Below, in pieces: positions 11,083 through 21,187 of a stretch of 64,000 nucleotides of DNA. Location of the stretch: NCBI GenBank assembly GCA_965216755.1, contig CBDCGL010000011.1, positions 4,096,001 through 4,160,000 of the forward strand. The letters are read 5' to 3'. The DNA comes from Alphaproteobacteria bacterium. Lineage in GTDB: Bacteria; Pseudomonadota; Alphaproteobacteria; UBA7887. The notes under the pieces were generated by a model. That model was not told the origin of the DNA and did no database searches. It saw only the letters and a program-made list of their open reading frames with translations. Position 1 is the stretch's first letter. Each line of letters starts with the position of its first letter. The position numbers and the translations under genes were made by a program.

Positions 11083-11292
11083 TCTCACAGCGCCAGCCGG
11101 CGGAACGAGAGTCTTGATCGAACCAGGCGAATGGGCTTAAAGATGGTGTGCGCAGGTCGCGACATGGCTTGGCCGGCGCAATTGCGGCTAACGGTCCGTT
11201 AACCGAGACCGCGAAAGAATCGGTTTGTGATGTACGAGGCGATGCCTTCGAAATATGGGACCCGGCGGGCGGTCTTGAATCGCCCGGTGGTG

Positions 11293-11393
11293 ATGCGCGC
11301 TTCGCGCCACCTCGCGCGTCTCCTCGCAACCGACAACGATGGCCTGCGGCTTATTGGCCCCTGAGCGACCAGAATAGGGCTTGCGCTCAGGGG
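11293..11393 (+). promoter_or_regulatory. Putative leuA leader peptide and overlapping hairpin
   Basis: ORF 11293-11364 MRASRHLARLLATDNDGLRLIGP* (5 Leu). Its stop lies in the 5' arm of the 10-bp stem CCCCTGAGCG (11358-11367) / CGCTCAGGGG (11384-11393). Confidence 0.6.
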
Positions 11394-11441
11394 ATTTGCC
11401 CGCACCGACGTGTTGCAACCATCGTTGAATTGAAAAGTACC

Positions 11442-13031
11442 ATGAGCCAATCAAATACCGCGCCAAAGCGCTCGGCGGGTTCCGCACCGACGGAGCGCGT
11501 CACGATCTTTGACACGACCATGCGCGACGGCGAGCAATCGCCGGGTGCGTCGATGACCCTCGAAGAGAAAATCGAGATCGCGAAAGTCCTTGAGGAGATG
11601 GGCGTTGACGTCATCGAGGCGGGCTTTGCCATCGCGTCCAAGGGCGATTTCGAAGCGATCAGCGAGATCGCCAAGGTGGTCACCGAATCGGTGGTGTGTA
11701 GTTTGGCCCGTGCCGGCGCGAAGGATATCGACCGTGCCGCCGCGGCGCTCAAGGATGCCCGTCGCAAACGCATCCACACCTTCATCTCGACTAGCCCGCT
11801 GCATATGAAGCATAAATTGCAGATGAGCCCGGAGGCGGTTCATGAAGCGGTGGTCGCCAGCGTCACGCAGGCGCGCAATCTGTGCGATGATGTGGAATGG
11901 AGCCCCGAAGACGGCACCCGGACGGAGCATGATTTCCTGTGCCGTACGGTGGAAAGCGCGATCAAGGCCGGGGCCCGCACGATCAACATTCCCGATACGG
12001 TCGGCTACACCATGCCGGACGAGTTTACGGCGCTGATCGAAATGCTGCGCAACCGCGTGCCCAATATCGACAAAGCCGTGATCTCGGTCCACTGCCACAA
12101 TGATTTGGGATTGGCGGTGGCCAACTCGTTGGCCGCGGTCAAAGCCGGCGCCCGGCAAATCGAATGCACGGTCAATGGTCTCGGCGAGCGCGCTGGCAAT
12201 GCCGCCATGGAAGAGATCGTCATGGCGATGCGCACCCGCCACGATTTGATGCCGTTCGATACCGGTGTGCGAACCGAGCACATCATGCGCGCGTCTCGGT
12301 TGGTCTCGGCTGTCACCGGTTTTGTCGTGCAGCCGAACAAAGCGATAGTCGGCGCCAATGCGTTCGCCCACGAGTCGGGCATCCATCAGGACGGCATGCT
12401 GAAGCACGCCGGGACCTATGAAATCATGACGCCCGAATCGGTGGGACTTAGCCAGTCAACCCTTGTTATGGGCAAGCATTCGGGCCGCCACGCCTTTCGG
12501 ACCAAGCTGCGCGAGTTGGGTTACGAGCTCGGCGACAACGCGGTCAATGACGCTTTCGATCGGTTCAAGGATCTGGCCGATAAGAAAAAAGACGTCTATG
12601 ACGAAGATATCATAGCCCTGGTTGATGATGCCATGGCGCGCCGGCATGAGCGCATCCGCGTCACGTCCTTGCATGTCGATTGTGGTACCGATGTACAGCC
12701 GACGGCGACCTTGTCGCTGGAAGTTGATGGCACGCCGAACACGACCACTGCGGCGGGCGACGGTCCGGTCGACGCCATATTCAAGGCGATTGGCCAGCTG
12801 TTCCCACACCAAGCCAACCTTCAGCTGTTTCAAATACACGCTGTTACGGCGGGTACGGATGCGCAGGCCGAGGTTACGGTTCGACTTGAAGAAAATGGCC
12901 GTTCGGTTAATGGTAATGGCGCTGACACCGACACCATGGTTGCCAGCGCCCGCGCCTATGTGAACGCATTGAACAAATTGCTTGTGAAAAGGGAAAAATC
13001 AGCGCCGCAAGCGCTTGCCGCGCAAGCGTGA
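11442..13031 (+). CDS. leuA: 2-isopropylmalate synthase
   Basis: IFDTTMRDGEQSPG, HCHNDLGLAVAN, GERAGNA, HESGIHQDG, C-terminal regulatory domain; start trimmed to ATG 11442. Confidence 0.96.
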   Translation: MSQSNTAPKRSAGSAPTERVTIFDTTMRDGEQSPGASMTLEEKIEIAKVLEEMGVDVIEAGFAIASKGDFEAISEIAKVVTESVVCSLARAGAKDIDRAAAALKDARRKRIHTFISTSPLHMKHKLQMSPEAVHEAVVASVTQARNLCDDVEWSPEDGTRTEHDFLCRTVESAIKAGARTINIPDTVGYTMPDEFTALIEMLRNRVPNIDKAVISVHCHNDLGLAVANSLAAVKAGARQIECTVNGLGERAGNAAMEEIVMAMRTRHDLMPFDTGVRTEHIMRASRLVSAVTGFVVQPNKAIVGANAFAHESGIHQDGMLKHAGTYEIMTPESVGLSQSTLVMGKHSGRHAFRTKLRELGYELGDNAVNDAFDRFKDLADKKKDVYDEDIIALVDDAMARRHERIRVTSLHVDCGTDVQPTATLSLEVDGTPNTTTAAGDGPVDAIFKAIGQLFPHQANLQLFQIHAVTAGTDAQAEVTVRLEENGRSVNGNGADTDTMVASARAYVNALNKLLVKREKSAPQALAAQA

Positions 13032-13055
13032 TCTGTGCCACAGGGTGCGTAGCAA

Positions 13056-13110
13056 ACAAATTTTGGTGTGGCGCCGGACTTGACCCGCGCGCCACACCGA
13101 AACAATTTGT
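13056..13110. terminator. Hairpin between leuA and mreB (possible terminator)
   Basis: GGTGTGGCGC (13065-13074) / GCGCCACACC (13089-13098) with outer ACAAATT/AATTTGT arms; no long U-tract. Confidence 0.4.
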
Positions 13111-13112
13111 AA

Positions 13113-14192
<1,080 letters not shown>

Positions 14193-14396
14193 GCCCTGAT
14201 GGGGCCGCGCCGCGTATTCGCTTTGGCCGCCCAAGGAGTGGTGCGGGAGTGCCAGACGAGGTCGCTGGCGGCAGGCGCCGTACGGTGGTTTTGGAGGGTG
14301 GTCTGTGACGGCGGCCAACGCCGCCAAATGGCCCTTTACTGTATGATTCTGGGGATGACTCACTTGGTTCGAAGCGGCCGCACGGAGTAGGCCTCC

Positions 14397-15317
14397 ATGC
14401 GGCGTTGGGGCAGCGGTTCCGTTTCACGTGTGGCGACCCCGGTGCGCGCGGCTCTGCAGCGCTTCGGCCTGCTGGCGACGGTGACATTCGCGATAACGCT
14501 GATGGTGCTTGGCAAGGCCGACGTGGTCATCATCGAGCGTGCGCGCATGGCTGTTGCTGATTTCATGTCTCCGCTCTTGGATGCTGTTTCGCGCCCGGTC
14601 GAATCGGTCCACGAAGTGGCCGCCGAGGTGCGCGGACTGTTCACCCTGCGCCAAGACAATCAGCGGCTGAGCCTGGCGAATGAGCGCTTGCAGCGTTGGG
14701 AAATGGTTGCCCGGCGGCTGGAGCGTGAAAACGCGTCTCTGCGCTCGCTGCTGCACTTTCAACCTGAAATCACCGGTCCCTTTGTTTCCGCGCGTGTATT
14801 GGCGGATTCGGGCAGCGCTTTTGTGCGCACCATGCTGATCAATGTCGGTGCTGACGACGGTGTCGCGAAGGGCCAGGCCGTGATCGATAGCACCGGTTTG
14901 GTTGGCCGGTTGGTGGCGGTTGGCCACAATACGTCACGGATCTTGTTGATCACAGACCTTAACTCGCGCATTCCGGTCGTGGTCGAGAACAGCCGCCAAC
15001 GGGCTATTTTGGCCGGCGACAACACCGATCTTCTCTATCTCGATTTGATGCCGAATAACGTTTACATACCGGTCGGGGCCCGTATCGTCACCTCGGGTCA
15101 TGGCGGCCTTTTGCCGTCGGGCCTACCGGTTGGCGTGGTCAGCGCGGTGGGCGATGCTGGCGTGAAAGTGCAGCCACTGGTGCCGTTTAGCCGGCTTGAA
15201 TATGTGCGCGTTATCGATCGCGCCAGCTTGCGATTTCAACCGTTGCCATCGGGGCGTGGCATTGTTGGCCCGACAACCACGCCGTTCCCAATCATTACCA
15301 ATAGCGCGCGGCAATGA
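14397..15317 (+). CDS. mreC: Rod shape-determining protein MreC
   Basis: TM plus coiled coil (LERENASLRSLL), GLVGR, LLITDLNSRIPV, VTSGHGGLLPSGLPVG; synteny. Confidence 0.93.
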   Translation: MRRWGSGSVSRVATPVRAALQRFGLLATVTFAITLMVLGKADVVIIERARMAVADFMSPLLDAVSRPVESVHEVAAEVRGLFTLRQDNQRLSLANERLQRWEMVARRLERENASLRSLLHFQPEITGPFVSARVLADSGSAFVRTMLINVGADDGVAKGQAVIDSTGLVGRLVAVGHNTSRILLITDLNSRIPVVVENSRQRAILAGDNTDLLYLDLMPNNVYIPVGARIVTSGHGGLLPSGLPVGVVSAVGDAGVKVQPLVPFSRLEYVRVIDRASLRFQPLPSGRGIVGPTTTPFPIITNSARQ

Positions 15318-15835
15318 CCGACGATCGCACCCTCTTACAACGCGTGGAAACCGGTTTGTGGGGACTGATTCCCTTTGCGATCAGTATCGTGCTGGTGATA
15401 ATTTGCGTGCTACCGATTGGGGTATTGGCGTTGGGGCCGGTGATGCCCCTGTTGCCGTTGATGTCGGTTTACTATTGGGCGGTCCACCGACCCGAACTAG
15501 TGCCGTTTGCGGCAACCGGCGCGGTTGGGCTCTTGCAAGACATCGTGTCGGGTACACCGATGGGGCTTTCGGCGCTGTTATTGTTGGCGGCCCATGGCGT
15601 GGTCGCGGCGCGCAACGGCTTGTTTCGCGGCCGGTCGTTTGCTGTGCTGTGGTTTGGCTTTTCACTCATCGCCCTCGGGGCGACGATGTTGGCCTGGATT
15701 TTGGTATCGTTCTATTTCGGCGCGTTCGTCGCGGCCAGTCCAGCGGCGATCCAACTGTTCTTGACCGTGGCTTTGTACCCGGCCGCAGCCTGGTTTTTCG
15801 GCATCGTCCGGCGCGACGTGCTGCCGCCACTCTGA
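15314..15835 (+). CDS. mreD: Rod shape-determining protein MreD
   Basis: Hydrophobic; YYWAVHRPE, GLLQDIVSGTPMG; between mreC and mrdA. Confidence 0.9.
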   Translation: MTDDRTLLQRVETGLWGLIPFAISIVLVIICVLPIGVLALGPVMPLLPLMSVYYWAVHRPELVPFAATGAVGLLQDIVSGTPMGLSALLLLAAHGVVAARNGLFRGRSFAVLWFGFSLIALGATMLAWILVSFYFGAFVAASPAAIQLFLTVALYPAAAWFFGIVRRDVLPPL

Positions 15836-15850
15836 ACGCGCGACACAATC

Positions 15851-17734
15851 ATGAACCAGCAAGAGCTCAGCCGTATCAAGACCTTCAACCGCCGGGCGCT
15901 GGTGGTCGGCGGCAGCCAATTGGCGGTCATGACGGTGCTGGCGGGGCGGCTCTACTATTTGCAAGCGGTCGAATCCGAACGCTATCGGATGCTGGCCGAA
16001 GAAAATCGCGTCAATTTGCGCCTGTTGGCGCCGCCACGTGGCCGCGTGTTCGATCGGTTTGGGCAAATGCTTGCTCAAAACCGGCACAACTATCGCGTTG
16101 TTCTGGTGCCGGAGCAAACCGACGATATTGACGTGACGCTTGCGGCGTTGGGCCAGATTATCCCCGTATCGGAGGAAGATCGGGCGCGGGTGCTACGCGA
16201 AGCCAAGCGTCGACGCGGCTTTGTGCCGGTGATGATTCGCCAACACCTGACCTGGCGTCAGGTGTCGCAGATTGAAATTAATGGCCCTGATTTGCCTGGC
16301 GTCGCGATTGAGGTCGGACAATTGCGGCATTACCCCAACGGTGCGGCGATCGCCCATGTCATCGGCTATGTGGCGGCGGCGTCAGAGGACGATCTGACCG
16401 GCGATCCGCTGCTTGAGCTGCCCGACTTTCGGATTGGCAAGAATGGCATCGAGAAAGTGCATGATCAGGCCCTGCGCGGCGCGGCCGGGCGGCTGCATGT
16501 GGAAGTCAATGCCCATGGCCGGGTCATCCGCGAGCTTGATCGTCATGAGGGTGCGCGTGGCCAGGATGTAACGCTGACGCTCGATTTGGCGCTACAGGGC
16601 TTCGTCAACCGCCGTTTGGGCGATGAGAGCGCCGCGGCCGTATTGCTGGACGTGCATTCCGGCGAGACCCTGGCTCTGGCGGCGACGCCCGGATTTGATC
16701 CCAACGCCTTTAACCGCGGCCTAAGTCAGGAAAACTGGCGGCGCTTGGTCGACAATCCGCGGTCGCCGCTGATCAACAAAACCATTGCCGGCCGCTATCC
16801 ACCGGGCTCGACGTTCAAGCCCGTGGTTGCGTTGGCCGCACTTGAAGCCGGCGTCATGGGACCGGATCACACGGTTTTCTGTCCGGGTCACATGACATTG
16901 GGCAATCGCCGCTTTCACTGCTGGAAACGAGGCGGTCATGGCGAACTGAAAATGGTTGAGGCGCTGGCCCATTCCTGCGACGTCTATTTCTACGACGTTG
17001 CTTTGAAAACCGGCATCGATCGAATCGCGGCGATGGCCGCGCGACTGGGCTTGGGTCCGGCGACCGGATTTGATTTGCCGGGCGAACGCGCCGGTTTGGT
17101 GCCGACGCGGGCGTGGAAGGAAGCCACGATTGGAGAGCGCTGGCAAAAAGGCGAAACTTTGGTTGTCGGAATTGGCCAGGGTTACATGCTGTCGACGCCG
17201 CTTCAACTGGCCGCGATGACCGCGCGGATCGCCAATGGCGGCTATGAGGTTTTGCCGCATATCACGCGTCGGATTGGCGACGGCTTCACGCGGCCACTGA
17301 CCGCGCAAATGGTGCCCATTGGCCTATCGGACGCCGCTCTTGACGTCGTGCGTCGGGGTATGGAACGGGTCGTCAATCACCCGCGCGGCACAGCCTTTCG
17401 GTCGCGGATCGAGGAAGAAGGTTTCGCGATGGCCGGCAAGACCGGTACCAGCCAGGTGCGGCGCATCAGTCGGGCCGAACGCGAAAGCGGCGTCATCAAA
17501 AATGAAGACCGCCCCTGGAAAGAGCGCGACCACGCGCTGTTTATCGGTTATGCGCCGGTGCACCAGCCGCGCTACGCGGTTGCGGTGGTGGTGGAGCATG
17601 GCGGTGGTGGCTCAAGAGCCGCGGCACCGATCGCGCGCGATATTTTGCGCGAGGCACAACGGCGTGACCCTATCGGCGCCCTGAGCGGTGGCCGTGTGTC
17701 TGATCGGACGCCGCCGGCCAAGGACAAGGGTTAG
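15851..17734 (+). CDS. mrdA: Penicillin-binding protein 2
   Basis: PPGSTFK (SxxK), SCDVYFY, AGKTGTSQV. Confidence 0.96.
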   Translation: MNQQELSRIKTFNRRALVVGGSQLAVMTVLAGRLYYLQAVESERYRMLAEENRVNLRLLAPPRGRVFDRFGQMLAQNRHNYRVVLVPEQTDDIDVTLAALGQIIPVSEEDRARVLREAKRRRGFVPVMIRQHLTWRQVSQIEINGPDLPGVAIEVGQLRHYPNGAAIAHVIGYVAAASEDDLTGDPLLELPDFRIGKNGIEKVHDQALRGAAGRLHVEVNAHGRVIRELDRHEGARGQDVTLTLDLALQGFVNRRLGDESAAAVLLDVHSGETLALAATPGFDPNAFNRGLSQENWRRLVDNPRSPLINKTIAGRYPPGSTFKPVVALAALEAGVMGPDHTVFCPGHMTLGNRRFHCWKRGGHGELKMVEALAHSCDVYFYDVALKTGIDRIAAMAARLGLGPATGFDLPGERAGLVPTRAWKEATIGERWQKGETLVVGIGQGYMLSTPLQLAAMTARIANGGYEVLPHITRRIGDGFTRPLTAQMVPIGLSDAALDVVRRGMERVVNHPRGTAFRSRIEEEGFAMAGKTGTSQVRRISRAERESGVIKNEDRPWKERDHALFIGYAPVHQPRYAVAVVVEHGGGGSRAAAPIARDILREAQRRDPIGALSGGRVSDRTPPAKDKG

Positions 17735-17738
17735 CGCG

Positions 17739-18893
17739 TTGGCAGGTTCAGCGTTTTCCCTGCGCCGTCACGAGCGCTCGTTGCTGGAGAAATTGGCGGA
17801 GTTCAATTGGCCGCTGGTGTTGTTGGTGACCATCCTGGCTTGCTTCGGCGTGGCCATGCTCTATTCCGCGGCCAATGGCAGCTTGTCGCCATGGTCATCG
17901 CGCCACATGGTGCGCTTTGGGTTCGGGTTGGTCGTTATGACCGTCGTTGCGCTGGTCGACATTCGGTTGTGGATGCGCTGGGCCTACCCGATCTATTTCG
18001 CGGCCTTGGCGATGTTGGTGGCGGTCGAGATATCGGGCCGCGTTGGGATGGGCGCCCAGCGCTGGGTCGACCTTGGTGTGATTCAGCTGCAACCGTCGGA
18101 ACTCGCCAAAATCGGTTTGGTTTTGGCGCTGGCGCGCTACTTTCACGGCCGCACATTGGACGACGCGCGGCGTATCGTGCCCTTGGCCGCGCCGCTCCTG
18201 ATGATGGCGGCGCCGATTATTTTGGTCTTGCGCCAGCCGGACCTCGGCACGGCGGTGATGCTGGCGGCGGGTGCCAGCGCCGTATTGTTTCTCAGCGGCG
18301 TGCGGTTGTGGAAATTCGCCGCTACGGGCATTGCCGGGTTGGCGGCGATCCCAATTGCCTGGCAATTCTTGCGTGAGTATCAAAAAGGCCGTGTGCTGAC
18401 CTTTTTGAATCCGGAGCGCGACCCCCTGGGCGCTGGCTATCACATCCAGCAGTCGAAAATCGCCCTTGGCTCCGGCGGTGTGTTTGGCAAGGGGTTCATG
18501 CAGGGCACCCAGAGCCATTTGAGCTTTTTGCCGGAGAAACAAACCGATTTCATTTTCACCATGCTGGCTGAAGAGCTGGGTCTGATCGGCGGCCTGGTGC
18601 TGTTGGCGTTTTATGGCTTGGTATTGGCGTATGCCTTGGCGATCAGCCTGCGCTGTCGGTCGCAGTTCGGGCGCTTGGTGGGGATGGGCATGTCGGTGAC
18701 GTTCTCGCTGTATGTGTTCATCAATGTGGCCATGGTGATGGGCTTGATTCCGGTGGTCGGCGTGCCGCTGCCGCTGGTGTCCTATGGCGGCACGGCGATG
18801 CTCACGATCATGATCGCGATCGGTCTGTTGATGTGTGTCTATGTTCATCGCGATATCGAGATCAGCCGGCGCCCGGAACGGTCCTTCGATTAA
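17739..18893 (+). CDS. rodA: Rod shape-determining SEDS protein RodA
   Basis: GAQRW, QPSELAK, RQPDLGT, FLPEKQTDFIF, PLVSYGG; probable TTG start at 17739. Confidence 0.95.
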   Translation: MAGSAFSLRRHERSLLEKLAEFNWPLVLLVTILACFGVAMLYSAANGSLSPWSSRHMVRFGFGLVVMTVVALVDIRLWMRWAYPIYFAALAMLVAVEISGRVGMGAQRWVDLGVIQLQPSELAKIGLVLALARYFHGRTLDDARRIVPLAAPLLMMAAPIILVLRQPDLGTAVMLAAGASAVLFLSGVRLWKFAATGIAGLAAIPIAWQFLREYQKGRVLTFLNPERDPLGAGYHIQQSKIALGSGGVFGKGFMQGTQSHLSFLPEKQTDFIFTMLAEELGLIGGLVLLAFYGLVLAYALAISLRCRSQFGRLVGMGMSVTFSLYVFINVAMVMGLIPVVGVPLPLVSYGGTAMLTIMIAIGLLMCVYVHRDIEISRRPERSFD

Positions 18894-18959
18894 GTGCGCT
18901 GCCGGCCGATGCCCGGATCTCGACAATGTCTAGCCGGTTTGATATATGCGCAGGTGGTG

Positions 18960-19035
<76 letters not shown>

Positions 19036-19039
19036 ATTA

Positions 19040-19102
19040 AATCAATAGGTTAGTGAGGGTGATGACCCGGCAGTTTAATCCGTTGGTCGCATACTGGTCG
19101 CA
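19040..19102 (+). promoter_or_regulatory. att-junction-like signals: IHF box and tandem direct repeats
   Basis: AATCAATAGGTTA (19040-19052) matches WATCAANNNNTTR exactly; TGGTCGCA at 19084-19091 and 19095-19102. Confidence 0.55.
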
Positions 19103-19157
19103 GAAATTTTTCTTGAGGAGATATTGCCCGTCCTGAATCGGAGAAGAGCCTGAAGCA

Positions 19158-19922
19158 GTGAAGTGGGAATCAAGGGTGCTGGCGCTGGTAGCATTCGTTA
19201 GTCTTGCGGTCGCTGTTGGCGGTTTTGTGTCGGAGGTGACCCCGGGGAAATTTGAGCGTGGGCTCGCGCTTTGGACAGAATACACAGGCTTGCAGTCTGC
19301 CGCTGATTGGGTCGCGGACAACACAATCTACATCACCGCTCTGGCAACTTTCGCCCTCGGTTTCGTGGCCGGAATGTATTTTCGGAAGATCAACGCGCAG
19401 ATTTCCACGCGCAAAGACGACCCGGCGGCGTTTAAGCCTCAACTGGTCCAGTTTGCAGAGAACGTACGTACAACCAGGGATGCTCATCTGTATGACGCGC
19501 TTTGTTACATCGTCACCGGTGAGTGGGGCAAAAAGCTCGAATGGTTAGAAAATCCGGATCAAGCCAATGCACTCGCGAATGCTTGTACGGATGTCATGCA
19601 AAACGCCCTCGACGGGAAACTACCTATCTGGGGACGTATAGGACTGTCTGGTCTCCAAGAGGAGATACCGCGTGAATATTGGAAACACTATCAGATAAAC
19701 TTCATGAAGGTCATGGGCCTCCAGAAGCCCGAGGAACTAACCGTCGAACCGAAGCGCGCTGCGACTATCCGTTGGCGTCGGTACGAAGGCCTTATGACTT
19801 CCAAATACAGGGTTGAAGAATTGTGGTCCGCCAAAAGTTCGGACGAGGCGATTAGCGACTCCGCCACCGACTCACCCTTGGGTCGTCGTCCGGCAACAAA
19901 AGACTCAAACGCAACGCATTAA
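19158..19922 (+). CDS. Hypothetical membrane protein (two N-terminal hydrophobic helices)
   Basis: 254-aa ORF, lower GC than the core genes, first gene after the tRNA; no family recognised. Confidence 0.65.
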   Translation: MKWESRVLALVAFVSLAVAVGGFVSEVTPGKFERGLALWTEYTGLQSAADWVADNTIYITALATFALGFVAGMYFRKINAQISTRKDDPAAFKPQLVQFAENVRTTRDAHLYDALCYIVTGEWGKKLEWLENPDQANALANACTDVMQNALDGKLPIWGRIGLSGLQEEIPREYWKHYQINFMKVMGLQKPEELTVEPKRAATIRWRRYEGLMTSKYRVEELWSAKSSDEAISDSATDSPLGRRPATKDSNATH

Positions 19923-20058
19923 CGGCGGCCTTCGCCAGGAACATGAAGTCTCTGTCTCGATGTTCTGGATTCTTTTCTCGGGCCAGCGAGCGGATAACTT
20001 TGCCGTTCTGCTTCAGGGCCGTCGATATCGCTAAGGCGACGTCTTCATCGTAGGTCAT
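19852..20058 (-). CDS. Small hypothetical protein, probably SOS-regulated
   Basis: 68 aa MTYDEDVALAISTALKQNG...; LexA box and TATGAT -10-like hexamer just upstream. Confidence 0.55.
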   Translation of the reverse strand: MTYDEDVALAISTALKQNGKVIRSLAREKNPEHRDRDFMFLAKAAVNALRLSLLLPDDDPRVSRWRSR

Positions 20059-20077
20059 GGCAGCGAAAATATCATAA

Positions 20078-20092
20078 GAACATAAAGAGAAC
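20078..20092 (-). promoter_or_regulatory. Alphaproteobacterial LexA (SOS) box
   Basis: Minus strand GTTC-TCTTTAT-GTTC is an exact GTTC-N7-GTTC, next to TATGAT (20071-20076). Confidence 0.7.
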
Positions 20093-20136
20093 AACAGGGT
20101 CTTGTATCTGGTTTCTCAATGCTTTAAATATCAACC

Positions 20137-20535
20137 ATGGACAGCACAAGCACAGTTGTTGTTTCTGTTGACACGCTCGCGTTCGCAGCGTCTGTTGACG
20201 AAGAGACCCCGCCCGTATTTGACCAATCGGTGTGGCCCTGGGTTAAAGCGACGGTCGGCATCGGTGCAATCGTCGTCGGGGGCGCGTTAGTCGGCACACA
20301 ATCGGAAGAGTTTGGCGAGGCAGCCAACGATGTGGCCAGCGGTCTAGCGCAGACAGCTACCTCGGCTAGCGGAACCTCGGTCATTGCGGACACTGTGATT
20401 GCTGGACAAGTCTACGTAATAGAACTGCCGGCGCCTGGCCAAACATCGGGCGAGTTGGTTGATGACGGGCCGGTTATGGTTTCACGCGGCGTTGATGGAC
20501 GCCTTCAAGTTGTTCGCGGCGATCTCCCTGGCTAG
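20137..20535 (+). CDS. Hypothetical protein with one TM segment
   Basis: 132-aa ORF with hydrophobic WPWVKATVGIGAIVVGGALVG; may be a fragment. Confidence 0.45.
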   Translation: MDSTSTVVVSVDTLAFAASVDEETPPVFDQSVWPWVKATVGIGAIVVGGALVGTQSEEFGEAANDVASGLAQTATSASGTSVIADTVIAGQVYVIELPAPGQTSGELVDDGPVMVSRGVDGRLQVVRGDLPG

Positions 20536-20895
20536 TCGCCACTCAACGCAAACTGTTCGCCGACCCTCCGAAGAGCCCAAAACACATAGCCAGGTGTCCG
20601 ATCAAACGGGGGCAACTCCATCAGACCAGCTCCGACTGGATCGTTTGGGTTCAGCTTGGGGTAATTCTGAGACTATGTAGTTCAAACTGCAAATGTCCGC
20701 TTGTTGAGCATGTGCGGCCAAAACCCTACGTCGCTTTGATTAAGCGCCGATCCTCAGCAACCTTGCCAAACACCGGTGCCGGGCCATGAACCCTTCTTTC
20801 GCCTGACGACAGTTCGCGACCACGATCACACACGGGTGCGGCTCCGGCAGGTCACGTCGTCACCAACTTTCGCTCATTGCTCTGATAATTAGACA

Positions 20896-21063
20896 ATGAA
20901 TAACAATAACGATAACCGGGGGAACCCGGAGATGATGAATGTCACGTTGCCGCCCGACTTGCTCGAAGAGCTTGACGCGCAATGTGCGGAGTTTGGGTTG
21001 TCGCGAACGGAAGCGATCCAAGACGCTGCGAACGGTCGCCCACGCATCGCTCGCCATTATTAG
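20896..21063 (+). CDS. Ribbon-helix-helix (CopG/NikR-like) microprotein
   Basis: Not in the ORF track (<60 aa). MNNNNDNRGNPEMMNVTLPPDLLEELDAQCAEFGLSRTEAIQDAANGRPRIARHY*; VTLPxDLLEELD...GLSRxEAI is the RHH pattern. Start may be 20932/20935. Confidence 0.6.
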   Translation: MNNNNDNRGNPEMMNVTLPPDLLEELDAQCAEFGLSRTEAIQDAANGRPRIARHY

Positions 21064-21187
21064 CGAATAACCCGCGGCGAGTTTGTCTGCTTGTCGTCAG
21101 CGGCCGGCGCTGCGTCCTTACGGTTATGCGAGAATACCGTAGGAAGTTAGGTTAAGTTCATGCAAAGACCAAAGTGGGAGAAATTTC

